A DNA stretch of 64,000 bases, taken from positions 23,820,144 through 23,884,143 of the forward strand of contig OZ316896.1 of NCBI GenBank assembly GCA_973895155.1, written 5' to 3'. Origin of the DNA: Marsupella aquatica. Taxonomy: Eukaryota; Plantae; Marchantiophyta. The translations under genes were made by a program, and so were the position numbers. Positions within the stretch are counted from its first letter, which is position 1; every line of letters begins with the position of its first letter. Of the stretch, positions 24,275 through 38,170 are shown piece after piece. The notes under the pieces are model-generated. The model made no database searches. It was not told the origin of the DNA and worked only from the letters and a program-made list of their open reading frames with translations.

Positions 24275-24375
24275 TTGTGGTCTTCATGCCACAAGTGCCC
24301 AAAATAGACCGTCGTGCCATGAAACTACAAAGTAAATCGATCCCCGCACCATTCTTCAAACGTCATTGTGTCATG
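24275..24375 (+). repeat. Dispersed repeat also present at about 10005-10120
   Basis: Shared gtggtctt..gtgcccaaaa..gaccgtc..gccatgaaa..tacaaagtaa.tcgatcccc..ccattctt. Confidence 0.7.
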
Positions 24376-26009
24376 CCAAGGGATAGTGCTTATGCACATC
24401 GGCATGTCCCTCGCATGCCCGCTAGGTATGTAGTTAGGGCTAGTGTACTACTTGAGTTAGTGACATGTTCTTATAGCAAATTCAAGGCATTATTGAAGCA
24501 AATGCGCTTGTTAGTGTGACGCCAAGACTTAGCTTATTTAGGGCATGTCTTTCTTTGTTGGTTTTTAGTTCTTCTTGAATCGCTGTTGATAGAGCTCGAT
24601 CAGACAATGCTCGTTGGTTCCGTACATGGGATTCACATAGAGATTCGTTAGATGCTTCCGGCCGATCTTGGCATCTCGCCGGTTTTTGATTTGATTTCAG
24701 TACGCTTGTTTCTCTTATGCCTTTTATTCAAGAAGAACTGTTGAGTTGGCAAAGAGGGGAAGAAGATTGCTCATGGCGATTTTGACAATTTCTAATGAAG
24801 CCATTGCAATTTCTTCAACGAACATCAGAGCGGTGGACTGAAAGTTATGGGTTTATGTTGTTATGTGTATACTGAAGTGTATACACATACCAATGAGCTC
24901 CCGAGGTGGTTCGAAGTTCCCTTTCCAGTTGCATCCACGATGCCTTTGCTGCTTCCGACTGTCACTACCGATTGCTGCCAACTGCCATGACTTGCATCTA
25001 CGACCTACCCCCGGCTGCCGGATGTATGGACGTCCGTACGGCTCCGACGTCGAGAATGTTTTGTCAAAACATAATCTAACGTATCTTTACCATCTTAACT
25101 CTGTTTTGGCCGTGTGACACATCGTTGGATTCAGCTTGGCGAGCTCTTTTCAACAAGCCCGTAAACTCCTAATTTTGAGATGGTCAAATTAAATCTGATG
25201 TTTGTACAACCAGGGTCCCTACACACGTTGAAAGCAAGCACAACAGGGAAAGGGTTTACGGTTTACGAATGGGTGGGAACCCCATAGGTGAGAATAGAGA
25301 AAAAAGGAAGAAAGAAAGAGTGAGGGCCCCTTCAACAGATGTGTCCTTCTATGGAGTGCCCTTCTATGGGGTGGCCTTCTACGGAGTGGGGAAGGGAAAG
25401 AGAGCAAAACCATGTGAGGAGCGTGCACAAAGGGTGAAGGGGAACACAAGTGTGGGAACCCCTTCCTTCTAAGGGCCCTCCCACCATCACTACGCCAAGA
25501 TTGTCTAGTTTTGCCATTTTACGGGCGTTGAGATCGCTCAAGATGTCACTGTTTGATACAGACCTAAAATCAACTAGGGAACCTCAGTTTTGCATGGGGC
25601 TCATTGAGGGCTTCAAAATGAATCCAAATATGACCACGTTTGTAATAGTACTAGCGCAGCAACGTATGTTTCAAGTTTCAATGTTTTCTATATTTTTGTT
25701 ATTATTCTCGTTTTGCGCCTTATGTGGAGCCTCCGGCCAGCCCCCACCCCTCCAAGATGCCCACACCTTGGCCTCCAAGTCCTTGGGCTGCCTTTTGGCC
25801 TCCTTGTACCCCTCAATGGCTCCATTGTCATCCATCACTGCCCGACACCCCTCTCAACTCCAGCCTCTGGTTGTCGCATCCATTTATTAGAACTAACAAA
25901 AATTTTAAATTTTAAAATCCAAACCCTTTTACTACACCTACTTGTCTTTCTACTTATATATGCAATTATAAGTCATCACTAAGTTATTACCGGGTTTGGG
26001 GCCTTGTCA

Positions 26010-28210
26010 CAGTGGAGAAGTTTGACGGGAAGGTCAGCTTTAGCCTCTGGACTCGGAAGGTGACTAACATGTTGATCCAGCAGGGTCTTCAGAAGACCAT
26101 CATTGGAGTGAAGCCCTTGACTCTAATAGATGAGTAGTGGGAAGACATGTTAGTGCAGGCGTGTAGTACAATTGAGCTGTTCTTGGCTAACAACATTCTC
26201 AAGAATGTGTTGGGGATGGATCGTAATACCAAGATCTAGGATACGCTTACTCAGCTATACTAGAGTACTTTGTTGACTACTCATATTTACCAGTTGGAGC
26301 GGTTGTTCACGTTGAAGTTGAAGGATGGTGGCAATATGAGTGATCACCTAAGTCTCTTTGATAAGATTGTGCATGAGGTGACCACAACAAGAGATAAGTT
26401 GACCGATGAGTACCTTGCAATGCATTTGTTGATGTCGCTTCCAAAGAGTTTTTTGACGTTGGTGACGATCATCACACATGACAAGACAACGTTGAAGTTG
26501 GATGCGATGAAGGCTACCATTCTTGCATAATGGAGCAAGCGACATCTTTCTATACGTGATGATGAGTCTACTCCCTTAGTGATTAGAGATAGATCGACGG
26601 AGCGTACTACAGATCAGTCTAGATCTAAATCTCAGAGTAGATCTAAATCTTAAGTCTTGTAGTAAGAAAGTTCAGTGTTGGCATTGCCATGAGAAGGGCC
26701 ACACAAAGTGGAATTGTCCTTCTCTATCAAAGTATAAGGGTTCTACTTCCAATGGTGCATCCTCATCTTCAACTGGCATTGTGATTGTTGATCATGAGGA
26801 TGTTGCTGAAGTGCTATGTATTGGTGTTGTGAACTCTGTGTATGACAATAAATGGATGTTGGATTTGGGTTCCTCGATTATATCACGTGTGTCCAATGCA
26901 ATCATATTTCTCCACTTACCAACCTTGTACCGGTATTGTGGAAGTTGGAAATGGTGTTCAATGTACAATCATTGGCATGGGGACTATCAAATTCCGGATG
27001 TTTGATGGTGTTGTGAGAGCACTGACGGAAGTCAGGCATATACCAGACATCTCTTAGAACTTGATTTCTCTTGGTGCTTTGGAAGCTGGTGGATCTCATG
27101 TCACTGCACGTGATGGTGCACTCTTTGTTGTCAAAGGTGATATATCTTTGATTAAGGCGCTATGGCATAATAATTTGTTCATCTTGCAAGGAGATGTCAT
27201 TGCTCCTAGGGTGGAGCATGTGGATTCTGTGGTGGAACATTTGGATGCAGCGACAATATGTGTTGCAAAGACATCTTCGGCTGCTTCAATTGAAGCACCC
27301 TCAACATCTGGTCCCACACAAGCCATAGATTTGTGGCATGCACGGTTGGGGCACTTGAGTGGTAAGGATTGGCAACCTTGGCAAAAAGAGATTTGATGCA
27401 AGGCGCTCAATCTGGTAAACTCTCTTTCTGTGAAGATTGCATCTTTGGCAAGCAGAGAAGATTGAGTTTAGTTCTAGTGCCTACCATTCTCATGAGATTC
27501 TTGAGTATGTATATTCGGATGTTTGGGGTCCAGCGCCGGAATCGTTGTTGGGTGGAGCCAAATATTTTGTGACGTTTGTAGATGATCACTCCTGAATGTG
27601 TTGGTTGTACTACATGAAAGAGAAGTCTCAAGTATTTGAGATCTTCAAGGAGTGGAAAGCCATGGTGGAGCTACAAACTGGGAAGGAGTTGAAGTGTGTT
27701 TGGTCAAATAATGGTGGCAAGTACAAGTCTAATGAGTTTGATTAATTTGGTCGGGATCTTGGCCTCAAGTGTCATTACACTGTACTAGAGACCCCGTAGC
27801 AGAATTGGACATTACTGGAGAAAGCGTGCAACATGCTTTGTAAGTCCAAGTTGCCCAACAACTTTTGGGTTGAAGCTAGTTGTCAACCAAGCTGCATACG
27901 TCTACAATCTGTCACCGCACAATAGTAAGTTGTTGCAAACTCCATTTGAGTTGTGGTATAAGAGACCTGTTGATTACTCTAGACTCTGAGTTTTTGGTTG
28001 TGTTGCCTATGTTCACATTGATCAGACACATAGGTCTAAGTTGGATCCCAAGTCTAAGAAATGCATTTTTCTAGGCTTTAGTCCTGGGCAGAAGGGCTAT
28101 AAATTGTGGGATCCTGTTGATTGCAAGGCAATTGTGAGCATAAATGTTATTTTTGATGAAGAATGGTTGTCAAGACCCCGGGATAATCAGGAGGAACATG
28201 TGGAGGACAA
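26010..28210 (+). pseudogene. Ty1/Copia (Tork/Tnt1-like) gag-protease-integrase remnant, truncated before RT
   Basis: VEKFDGK; CWHCHEKGHTKWNC knuckle; WMLDLGSS protease; LWHARLGHLS; CEDCIFGKQ; LDPKSKKCIFLG...GYKLWD; many stops. Confidence 0.88.
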
Positions 28211-28211
28211 T

Positions 28212-29877
28212 TGTAGTATCACACTAGGGACATAAATAAACATTTAAGATCCAAAACTCGATATTTGTTCCCATGAAAGAACATGTAAGGAATGATTTAC
28301 AATTCTTTAACACAAATGACTGACTAAGGTAATAAAACACAAAGATAAGCCTTTTATTCTGAATGCTCAGCAAGGCATAGATTTAAATGTCTGCTTGACA
28401 TTGTAAACATAATTAATAAAATGGATGAAATTAACAAAATATAAGGAAATCTTGAGGTATGATGAGAGAGTTTGGAAAAACACCAAGGTAACTTCTCAAC
28501 AACACTTAATTTGTAATGATTTAAGGTATTGGACTTCTAAGGACAATTCTGGAATGTAATACTTTATTGGGATGATTGTTAAGGTATCGTCTACACATCT
28601 CAACCTTTCCTTTCAAGGGTACTAAGTTAGGATTAACAACCAATCACTTCAGCATCCAGTCAGTACTTGGAGTTACAAATCACAATCACCGTCATTAACA
28701 AACTAAATCATGGGAAAATTGGTCAATGACATTCTTTGCAGGTCGTGCACAAGCAATGTCGATCAAATCCCAAAACTACATGCATCAAGAACTTGAGTAT
28801 GTATAGCCTTCACCATTATGGAATCTATCTCTATACATTCAAAAGATTTTGACATGAAACTATGTTTTACTTCATTGCTCAAAATTCACAACATTCCAAG
28901 CCAAGGAAGGGGGAAGAAATCCTTTGTATTCATTCACTCTTGACAAAAGTCAGAGTTTCTCTCTACAAAGTGAAACTTGCCATGTTGCAAACTGCAACAC
29001 AGGGCTACATAATTTCCTCTCACACAAAAGTGTCACAAAGTTTGCTACATATAGGCTAGCAGGAGCTAAAGGGAAAAGAGATAATAAAAGGACATGTCTT
29101 TCATATTTTAAGGGTCATGAACTAAAGTAAAAAGTATGAAAATATATTATAAGAGTACTTAAGGTTCACTAGAATGCTGCTGGAATGAAAAACTAATCAA
29201 AAGTGATCTTTAGTGTAAACTGGAGTGAATGTTTTTGCATTTTTGTGTTAAAACTAATAAATAGCATTTTTGTCTGAATTTTAGTTTCTAACATAAAGTT
29301 CAAAATGAGGTGAAACTTCTCTAGGTGGAAGAATTACATATATGCTTCATGCTGGCAAAATTTTAGACTTTTCTAAGGTGTCTAAGTGCCTTAATAAAAT
29401 CAGTGAAAAGTGTTGTCGGATAAAACATACATTGTTCCGGAAAATTTTCCGAGTGTCGGAAGCGCGATTGCGCTTTGGCGCTTTGGAGTAGAAGCGTTGT
29501 TGCGCCTTTGCGCACTTACGCTTTTTATAAAACTAAAAATGCTATAACTTCTAAACTAAATGTCGGTTTAAGTTGATACTTTTAGGGTATGGTCTGCTAC
29601 ATAAGGGCTATCTCCTGAAAAAGTATGAGACTTTTCTAACTACTTTAACTATTTAATTAAAAGTGTGGAGATCGGCTGGTCTTTACTATTGTCGTAGGAG
29701 AACTAATCTTGTTGGAGTAGTGCTATCTGATTTGATTGCTGAACTCTTGTGTAGGTATTCTCTTGTATAGCTTCTTGAATTACATCCATGTCTTGAGTGT
29801 GATGCCGATAGAAAGGTAAAGACTTCCGCTGTCGTTCAAGATCCAGAACAGGAAGTAGTCTCCGGTGTAGCATGACA
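28212..29877. mobile_element. AT-rich LTR-like non-coding insertion
   Basis: Abruptly truncates the Copia ORF; TG...CA candidates at both ends but no TSD found; short similarity (cacaaa.gactgac..aggtaa..aacacaaag) to positions 23-51. Confidence 0.3.
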
Positions 29878-30559
29878 TTAGGTAAAGTGTTCAGTTGATC
29901 TAAATTGCTACAAAAGGTAACTATACTGCACCATTGAGTTAGAAAAAGTTCAAAATTTATAATTTTCTATCATTTCTAACTAATGTACTGTATTACAACA
30001 ATCAATAAATTGCACATTCAAGCGGCTGCTGGCCTCGCTCAATTAAATAGCTCCCACATAATCATGCCTTTGCACTGCATCTCCCCATTAAGGCCCACGC
30101 TAATCTTGCCTGCCCGTCCAGATTGATCCACTACTTCAATTAAGGAATGCGCAAAATAGTACCACCAAAAGTAGTGGGGATCCTTAAGTGGTTGCCCAAA
30201 AGGATATTGACGTGTAAAGGTATCTATCCATAGTCTAATTTGAGCCAAAAAGCTCAAAGGTGGGTCTGCATTATGCTAGGGTAGCCGCACTCTCACCCTG
30301 GGATCGTGTTGCCATATTGAGTGATAAATAACTATGAGATTTATCTCCAATTGCAGGCCAAACCCGTCTTCATCGAGGTATTTACAAACGACAGGAACCA
30401 GGAAACAATAACAGCAAACAGTTACTGTTACCAGGAGAAATGGAAAAAAAACATGTGATTGAGCTCCATTATTTGGTCAAAAAGTTAAAAAAACACCATC
30501 AATAAACCCCATTTTCAGTAGTTTTCAATAACACCATCCAATTGTGAAGTAAAGTAAGG

Positions 30560-30950
30560 GCCATTAGAAAAAAGGCGTTGCCAAAATTTCTGAAGATTAC
30601 CAACGCCCAGCGCTAGTATGCCGGCAGGGAAGGGCCAATTTTAGGTATTCCTAAAATAATGAAAAAGATGGAGATTCTACGTACCGTCAATCGAGAAGAG
30701 AACAGGAAACTTAATGGCCATTAGAAAAAAGGCGTTGCCAAAATTTTCAAAGATTAGCAGCGCCCAGCGCTAGTATGCCGTCAATCGAGAAGAGAACAGG
30801 AAACTTAATGGCCATTAGAAAAAAGGCGTTGCCAAAATTTTCAAAGATTAGCAGCGCCCAGCGCTAGTATGCCGGAAGGGAAGGGGGAATTTCAGGGCAA
30901 AAGATAGAGATTGTACGTGACATCAATCGAGAAGTGAACAGGAAACTCAA
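30560..30950. repeat. Local tandem duplications, about 93-bp unit
   Basis: ccattagaaaaaaggcgttgccaaaattt...cgcccagcgctagtatgccg three times; tcaatcgagaag.gaacaggaaact three times. Confidence 0.85.
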
Positions 30951-32039
30951 TTTCAAGCATTTCCAACCAAGAGAGGCCACGGCAAACGTTGAATATTTGC
31001 AACGATGGGCGCTACCTTAAATGTCGGACTCCTGGAAACCAATAGTTGGAACATACAATTCAACGTTTACGCCTAAACACGGAACACAATGAACATAAGC
31101 AGCGCTCGGCGCTAGCTCAAATCTTGGAATCAACAAATGACCATGAAAGAACAAGAGAGCCGATCCAAAATTGCAATCTTTACTTCCAAAATGGGTCAAA
31201 ACATATAACCGGTATTACACCAATCGTAGATCATCCCCAAATCAACCCATGGCATAACATGAACATAAGCAGCGCTCGGCGCTAGCTTAAATCTAGCTCT
31301 CTAAAGGTTGAGAAAGTTTTGGTAAGTTAGGGAACTGAGAGAACTGAGGGGACAAAGCGCTCTTGAAGGTTCGGGCTATGGCTGCCTGACTCTCGTGGGC
31401 CCTTTCCTGTGTTCATACTGCTCTTATATTAGACTTCTTGTGCGCTGGAAGCAGGCTAGAAGGACCTTGCTATAGATTGCGTTGGACGTTGCTTTGATAC
31501 GAGAAGACATCGTACAGAAATCGGAAGTGGAGTTGGGTACACGGGGCGAATCAAGTGTAGTTTTGGACCAATTCTCGTTGGAATTAGTGGACTCTGCTAG
31601 CCGCACCAGGCTGCACACTTCTAAGTCAGGACTGAACCTCGGCAATCCATTTGGTCAATTACTTTGTTGGTAGATAGGAATCTGACTAACAAATAAATCA
31701 TTTTAGCGGGAGGGGACCGCTGTCGCGTGCTGGCTATGGTCGGGGCCCTGGGCGCGGTTTCACCTTTCCGTCTGTTGTGGGCCCTTCTTACTGGGATCAT
31801 TCAATGGATCATAGAGAGGAGGGACGGGATGCTTCCGCTTTGGAGGCTCGACATATTATAGAGGAGGAAGGAGCCAGACGGCCAGGTGAGACGCCTCACA
31901 CTAGATTTTCTCTGCTCGGGGTGGACCAAAGTCTGCTCCTTTTGATCTATTTGACAACTCGGAAGGGCGTCGAGAAACTACTGACAAAGGACACAGGCCT
32001 AGTAGCAGAAGGTTCATTCCACGCTCTGGACCTTCTTGG

Positions 32040-33895
32040 GTGGACCAGATGGACCTAGATATACAAGAAGCGGAGGAAGCGGTGGAACATGAACTACAGA
32101 GTCAATTTTCCTCGCAACCTGAGGCGTCTACGAGAGAGGGAGCATTCATCGGGGATTCAATTCTGGGGGCTGCTTCGAAACGACATACCACTGACTCATT
32201 GAGAGGGCCGGTGTCTAGGCCTGCTGCAGCCAACGTCCTGCAAAATGAGGCTGCTTATATTGCTTCACAGCGTGAGGTCGTTAATCCAGTGCAACAGAAG
32301 GAGCCACAAACGCGACCCACCAGCCTTCCGCATCCAAATGGAACTGAAGCACGAAATGCTAACACTAATGGGGCTGGTGAGTTCTCTGAAGAGCTTTCGG
32401 ATACATGTTTGGAAATGCTAAGGAAAATAGCCATTAGCTCCACTGGTGATTGGCCTAACACGCTTCACACCCGGATTCAATGGTCCATTGAAGAGGCTAC
32501 TCTCTCCATTACAAAATTGTACAACTGCACAATGATGTGCTATTTCACGGACCGGCCCCCTCTTTTACCAGCTTTCCGGGAATGGGCTGAATCAGTGTTC
32601 ATTAGAGACTTGGGCTGGCCAATTACGCAGATCAAATTTGCTGGTAAGAATTTCTACGTGATCACGTTTCAATTTTCAGAACATAGGGATGCAGCACTGG
32701 AGATGGCCCCTTTTTTCATGGATCAGAAATTTGTTTTTACCTTCCCATGGGATCCCTCATTCGATGCTAGCAGTGACTCTTACACAAAGCTTCTCGTATG
32801 GCAATAGCTACCATTCCGAGCGCTTGTACTGGAGGGATGCAGGAAACGGATTGCGGAGTCATTTGGGAAGGTTCTCTATTACATACAGGGAGACGAACGC
32901 AGTTCCTTCCCCCATGATCGGGCGTGTATACTTTGGGACACTAGGAGGGAAGTCCCTCGCTGTGTTGGTGTGGATATCACCGAGGGCATCACGATTTGGC
33001 AGCCAGTCGTATTCAAGAATATACCACATCATTGTTTCAAATGCAACCAGAAGGGGCACTTAGCTTGGGATTGCAAAGCCTTTGAGCAGGGGGAGAACAA
33101 TACTAAAGGCCATGAAATCAATGGGGCACAGAAGACTGGTGAGCATACGCGGGCAAGCAAAATCTCTCAGGAGGCCACGACGACGGCGGATATCCCGGAT
33201 AGAGGCAACCCGAAGGCTTTCACTAGTACTAATGAGCCCCAACACAACAATAACTCTGGAGATGGTGGTGATGCTGCTACTAGGGTGGGCAAGCGACACT
33301 CGGTGTGCCGCTTTCAGCAAGGCGAGGCGATCACCTATCTTCAATCAGGGAGGCGAGCAAGCTCAGAGATGGTATGGAGACCCGTGAATCCCAGGAAATG
33401 GCGAGGAGTGCTGAAGCAGGTTGGCACGCAGAGTCCCTAAATAGATCAGACCGGAGGACACGGAGTGGCGTGGGCCATGCACATGAAACTCATACTCATC
33501 CCCCTTCCAGGATTTCGTCGCTTTCAGCCGTCAATCGGGTGACTCATGATGTGCATGTAAGCGCCATAAATGAACACAGTGTTAACACGATCCATACCCA
33601 GGAACAGGAACTGAACCCGGTTACGTGGCCTGCATTGGCGGTCACTGAGGACAGGCTTGTGACTAATAGAACTGAAGGCATCAGCGGGGAGCGTGGTGCT
33701 TCGCCTGGCCACTCACAAAGCTTGGGTCCGGCGAGGGTGAAAGAGCTCTCAACGATTGAAGAATATGAAGCTGCACAAGATGAAAGCGGTGAGGAGGAGA
33801 ATCAATCCTATCAAGGGGGCTCTGACATTGAGATGTCTGAATACGAGGAAGTCCTACATCACCAAAAGCCAACTGAAAAAAGAAAGAGCACGTAA
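32040..33895 (+). pseudogene. L1-clade LINE ORF1 (DUF4283-like plus zinc knuckle), frameshifted; no ORF2 visible
   Basis: IKFAGKNFYVITF...RDAALEMAPFFMDQKFVFTFPWDPSF and CFKCNQKGHLAWDC (CX2CX4HX4C). Confidence 0.8.
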
Positions 33896-35259
33896 GCTTG
33901 AGCTGCGAACTCCTCCTTCGGCACTGAGGAAAGATGATCTGAGGAAAGATAATAAGAAGGTAAGATCTCTGCAATATGTGGCAGCTGAGTCTGAGTCTGC
34001 CCGAACTCCATACAGGGATCGTCTTTCCATGGAAGGCCAGGCTTGGTGTGATGAACGGCAATTGGTGGAGCAGGAAGGAAAAGGCGGACGGATCCGGGAC
34101 GCTGGGCGAACCCTCCCAGAGAACAACCGTTCTCAAAGCTGAGTTGTGCTCCGACCATCAACTCACAGCCGCACCCACATTCACCCCAGCCGGTCATCTC
34201 GAGCCTAGACAAAACACCCAAATCTACTCAAGCTCTCGATGAACACGGAATGAGAGGCACGAAGGAGAATGACTAGAATGCGAGAGAAAGCTCATCCCGG
34301 CCGAGACGGAAATGGCTCCTGCACAGACGACAAACTTCCAACCTGACGGCGTTTCCAGAAAGTGAAATGGGAAGTGGCCGCTCTCCTAGATTAAGTAACG
34401 CCTGCCCAGGAAACCACCGGCCCGGTGAACAAAATCTGGGCCGTCCAATAGCAGCTGTCCGTTGGATGGTGATGCAGGAACGTCCTAAACCCTAACAATC
34501 TGGCCGTTCATTTTTAAATGGAGGGCAGAGATTAGCTGCGGATTGAGCACCCTGTATGGACGGCCCAGATTGGCCGCAGGTAGAGCAGCCTGAATGAAGG
34601 ACCAAGATTTGCATCGTGAAGGGCGATCCCGAATGGAAGGCAAGATTTGCCTCGAGAAGGGAGATCCTGAATGGAGGGCCAAGTACCAATACCTCGTTAA
34701 GGAGTAAGGTAGGACCATAAACATATACATTAGGGGATCTCAAATATAGGCCCGGGGGTTTACACAAGGCACAACTGGTCGGGAACGGGATAACTCCTTG
34801 TCTGCCGACCGAGGAGGCCCTCGGCATAAGAGTCCGAGCCTTCGGTATACTGGTCTGTTCTGCATAGACTGAAGTGTGTGGCGGATTCGCGAGCAGTCTG
34901 GTTTGGAAATTTTGAGGTGGTGAATCGTTGCATGTTTAATTGATTGTCATGATAGACTGCGGATCAGAAGGCCTTACATGGCGCGGTTGCAGGATTTGGA
35001 CTGGGATTTCGGTGATCTAGGGTTTGGTGGATGGTGAGTTTCACAGCCTCGTACCGTAGTTTTCATCCTTGTGGTGCTCTTTCCTCTGTCGCTTCCTCTG
35101 TTGCTACGATTTCTGTCAACCCGAGGGTGTCGTTTCTGCTTGTCATTTGTATGTGCTTTCTTTTGTTATAACTTGCGTTTGTGGCTGTCTTGTCTCTGCC
35201 TGGTTTCATAGCATATATCTTAAGAAGTAAGCAGTATATTGTTCAGCCTGCAAGATACA

Positions 35260-37326
35260 ATGGCGAGTGGTGAAGAAGAAAATATTATGAACCTGCTTCG
35301 GAGAACTATTCATGACGAAACACGACTGCGAGACGTTGCTGCGAAATTACGCCTTGCGCTGGTCGGAGTACCTATGTTGCTAGAGTTGTCGGAAATGGAG
35401 CTCGAAGACATAATCCGGCGCGTGTTCCCAGTGGCACCTGACGGATTGGAAATGGCAATTAAGTTGGCAATTCGGCTTCAAAAACGAAACTCTACGGATG
35501 GTAATTCCAACTGAATTTCACAGCAATGTGTTTCTCGTCAGTATCTTCTGGTTCTTGTTCTGGTTTGTCTTTTCGTTGAGTTTTTTCCTTTGAGCACCCC
35601 TCTGTTGCAAAGTGATCAAGGGTATCATGGACAGCAGCTGTCGCCCTTGCTCTGGCATTTGTTTGGAAAGTACTGTTGCAATAACAGGTGTCCTGTGTCT
35701 TCCTGCTTTGCCGAACCGATAAAGCATTTGTGCCGGAATCGTGCCAAATTTGTAGGGCTCATTGCTCGAGTGATTATTGGATGACTTTCCTGTTTTTCTC
35801 ATCCTCTTCAACACTTAGAGACCGATGTGTATGCAGAGGGAGCTCGACCTTCAAAGAAAGCAAAATTCCTGTCCTCGGAAGAAAGAATTTCTGCTAGAAG
35901 TAGCTATTTTGGGAAACTGTTGGAACCCCCTGCTGAGCTCCCCGTAAGTGTCAATCAACTGAAGGAGTTTTTGTCCCTGACACCAGTAAAGCTCCCAGTA
36001 CTCTATGAGCTAACTAACGAGAACTTGGGCCAGCCTAATCTGGTGGTACTTGATACTTCCGAAGGGGCGAGTCAATTGGCAACTTTTTGCGAAACTGTGT
36101 TCCGATTGATGAAACATTCCCTTCCAGACAACGAGGCCACCAGCTCAACTGAATTGTGTATTCTCACTGGACACTTCCTCAGATTATTAAATGACATAGC
36201 TCCAGAAAGCAAACAATTACTAAGTTTGCAATTTAGACAGGATTCACCCAATCGCACGACTACTAGTGCAGCATCGCAACCACTGGAACCGCTATTAAGA
36301 CCAGATTTTCAGCTGTTTGTGAAAGGTTGTCTCATTCTCCGATGGGAGAATAAGATAAACGACACACTTCTGGCAGAGGCTGTAGATGAGAACAGGTCCA
36401 AATTAAAGGCATGGAGCCCTCTGTTCTATGGTAAGCTCCCTTATGTGATTGGTGGTGGCTGCGCTGGAAGGCGGTTTCAATGGTTGAAGCTCTCTCCGAA
36501 AGGCAAGGAAATTGTTCATGATTTAATCTCAGACGAATTTGACTTGAATTTGCCGTCCGGTGTAGCCAAGTTCCTACATAGCACCATTCGGATGCACTGT
36601 CTCCTACAGAAACTACAGGAAAACATCGATAATGAAATCCGTGTGCAGTTGTATAAGCCAAAAGAAAAAGCTGGTGTTGTAGTGACGATCCATCCTGACT
36701 GCGTGACGAAGAAAATCCCAGGATTGAAGAAAGATCGGGTTACCGCGATAAAATTGCTGTATGATTCAATCGCTGGTTCCAGGTACCTGATCCAACTTGT
36801 ATCCAACCGATCATCCAGGGGTGGAACAGTATTGCAACTACAACCTGTGGGTGACCCGTTCGCACAGCCTAGGGATTGCAAGGATTTGGGAAATGCCACG
36901 CATGACATGTTACACGGCCTTGCGGACTTGCACGGCAAAGGCTACACCCACAGGGATTTAAGATGGGACAACTGCATCAAGGTAAATGATAAGAGTCACT
37001 GGAAATGGGTGATCATAGACTTGGAAGCTGCTGGACCCGACAATGAAGTATGGGTTGATGAATGGTTATTGGGTTGGGATGCGGAAACGTTGGAAGAAGA
37101 CAATGACAAAAGGAAAAGATACACCAAAGGATCGGACGTGTACCAACTCGGGAAACTTATAGCTGGATGGCTTAATAACTTTTCTGTAGGCGGTAAGGAA
37201 GAACGTCAAGTGATGAGATCCCTGGCAAAACAAATGCAGCAGGATCGTACAGCAGCATCGAAGGTGCTTGAGGATGTCTGCAAGAAAGGTTGCGAACGAT
37301 GTCGCATGCTTGGCACACAGCTGTAG
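35260..37326 (+). CDS. Crinkler/CR-effector-like protein: helical SAM-like N-terminus, PD-(D/E)xK REase fold, kinase-like domain; two exons 35260-35500 and 35837-37326, about 576 aa
   Basis: The GT..AG intron 35501-35836 joins the two ORFs in frame (G|AG). LRPDF..LILRWENK REase motif; WSPLFYGKLPYVIG; HRDLRWDN and IIDLE kinase motifs. Confidence 0.78.
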
Positions 37327-38170
37327 ACAGGATTCTGATACTCGTATCAGTAACTCATTGGAAGGTGATCTGCTTTCCCTGAAATTAGTGTTCAATTCTC
37401 ATCAGCATACTCATCTTGGGTGGTTTACCCTTCGTTTTGCCCATTGATCTTACTCTAGATGACTACAACTCGGTCACTTCTTGTGGATGTTGATCTTTTC
37501 AATCTCCAATGCACTTCACATGGATACGTTAGGTGGCAGGCATGATAGTGTTGATCTGCTGTTTTCTGGTGTTGTGTGTCTGTTTCAGTTAGTCTGAAAA
37601 GTAGGTGCTTCTTGTTTCTCAGGCAATGCCAAGACCGCATTCCTTGCTGAGATTTGGGCCTCAAAACCCTGAAGATAGTGATGACTATAGTTCACATTTC
37701 ATGAGAGGGGTGTGTTGGAGAGGCCAACTTTGAAGACACAATCAACGATCAACTGATGACACCCTAAGAGAACATTTAACATTTTTGTATTAAATTTTAC
37801 TTCTTGACACGCAAGTATAACTGGTACATTTCTATCTTCTATATTTGTTGAGTTCTGTCAAGTCGATTGCTGTTGATTGGCATCAACTGTCTCTCCTTGG
37901 AGGAGACTGCCCTATGTTTTTTCTTCTCCAAATCTTCATTGACTGACAGATGCAATAACAAAACCCAATTGTAGTTGGAGAAGTCAGAGAAACCATAGGA
38001 TCAGGTGTCCCCATATAGGAGAAGCCAGAGAAACTATGGGTGAATCAGTTGTCACCATATGACATGGACTTGACTGTCCAAAATTGAGTCTAATGCAGTT
38101 AGTATACACAATTTGCATAGCATTGTTGGTATGCAAAATTTGCACGAAGATGGCAGACGAGAGCCACGTT

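Noticed and set aside
24515-24530. Another TGTGACGCC terminus
   Set aside because: Similarity does not extend beyond 9 bp and no partner end or TSD was found.
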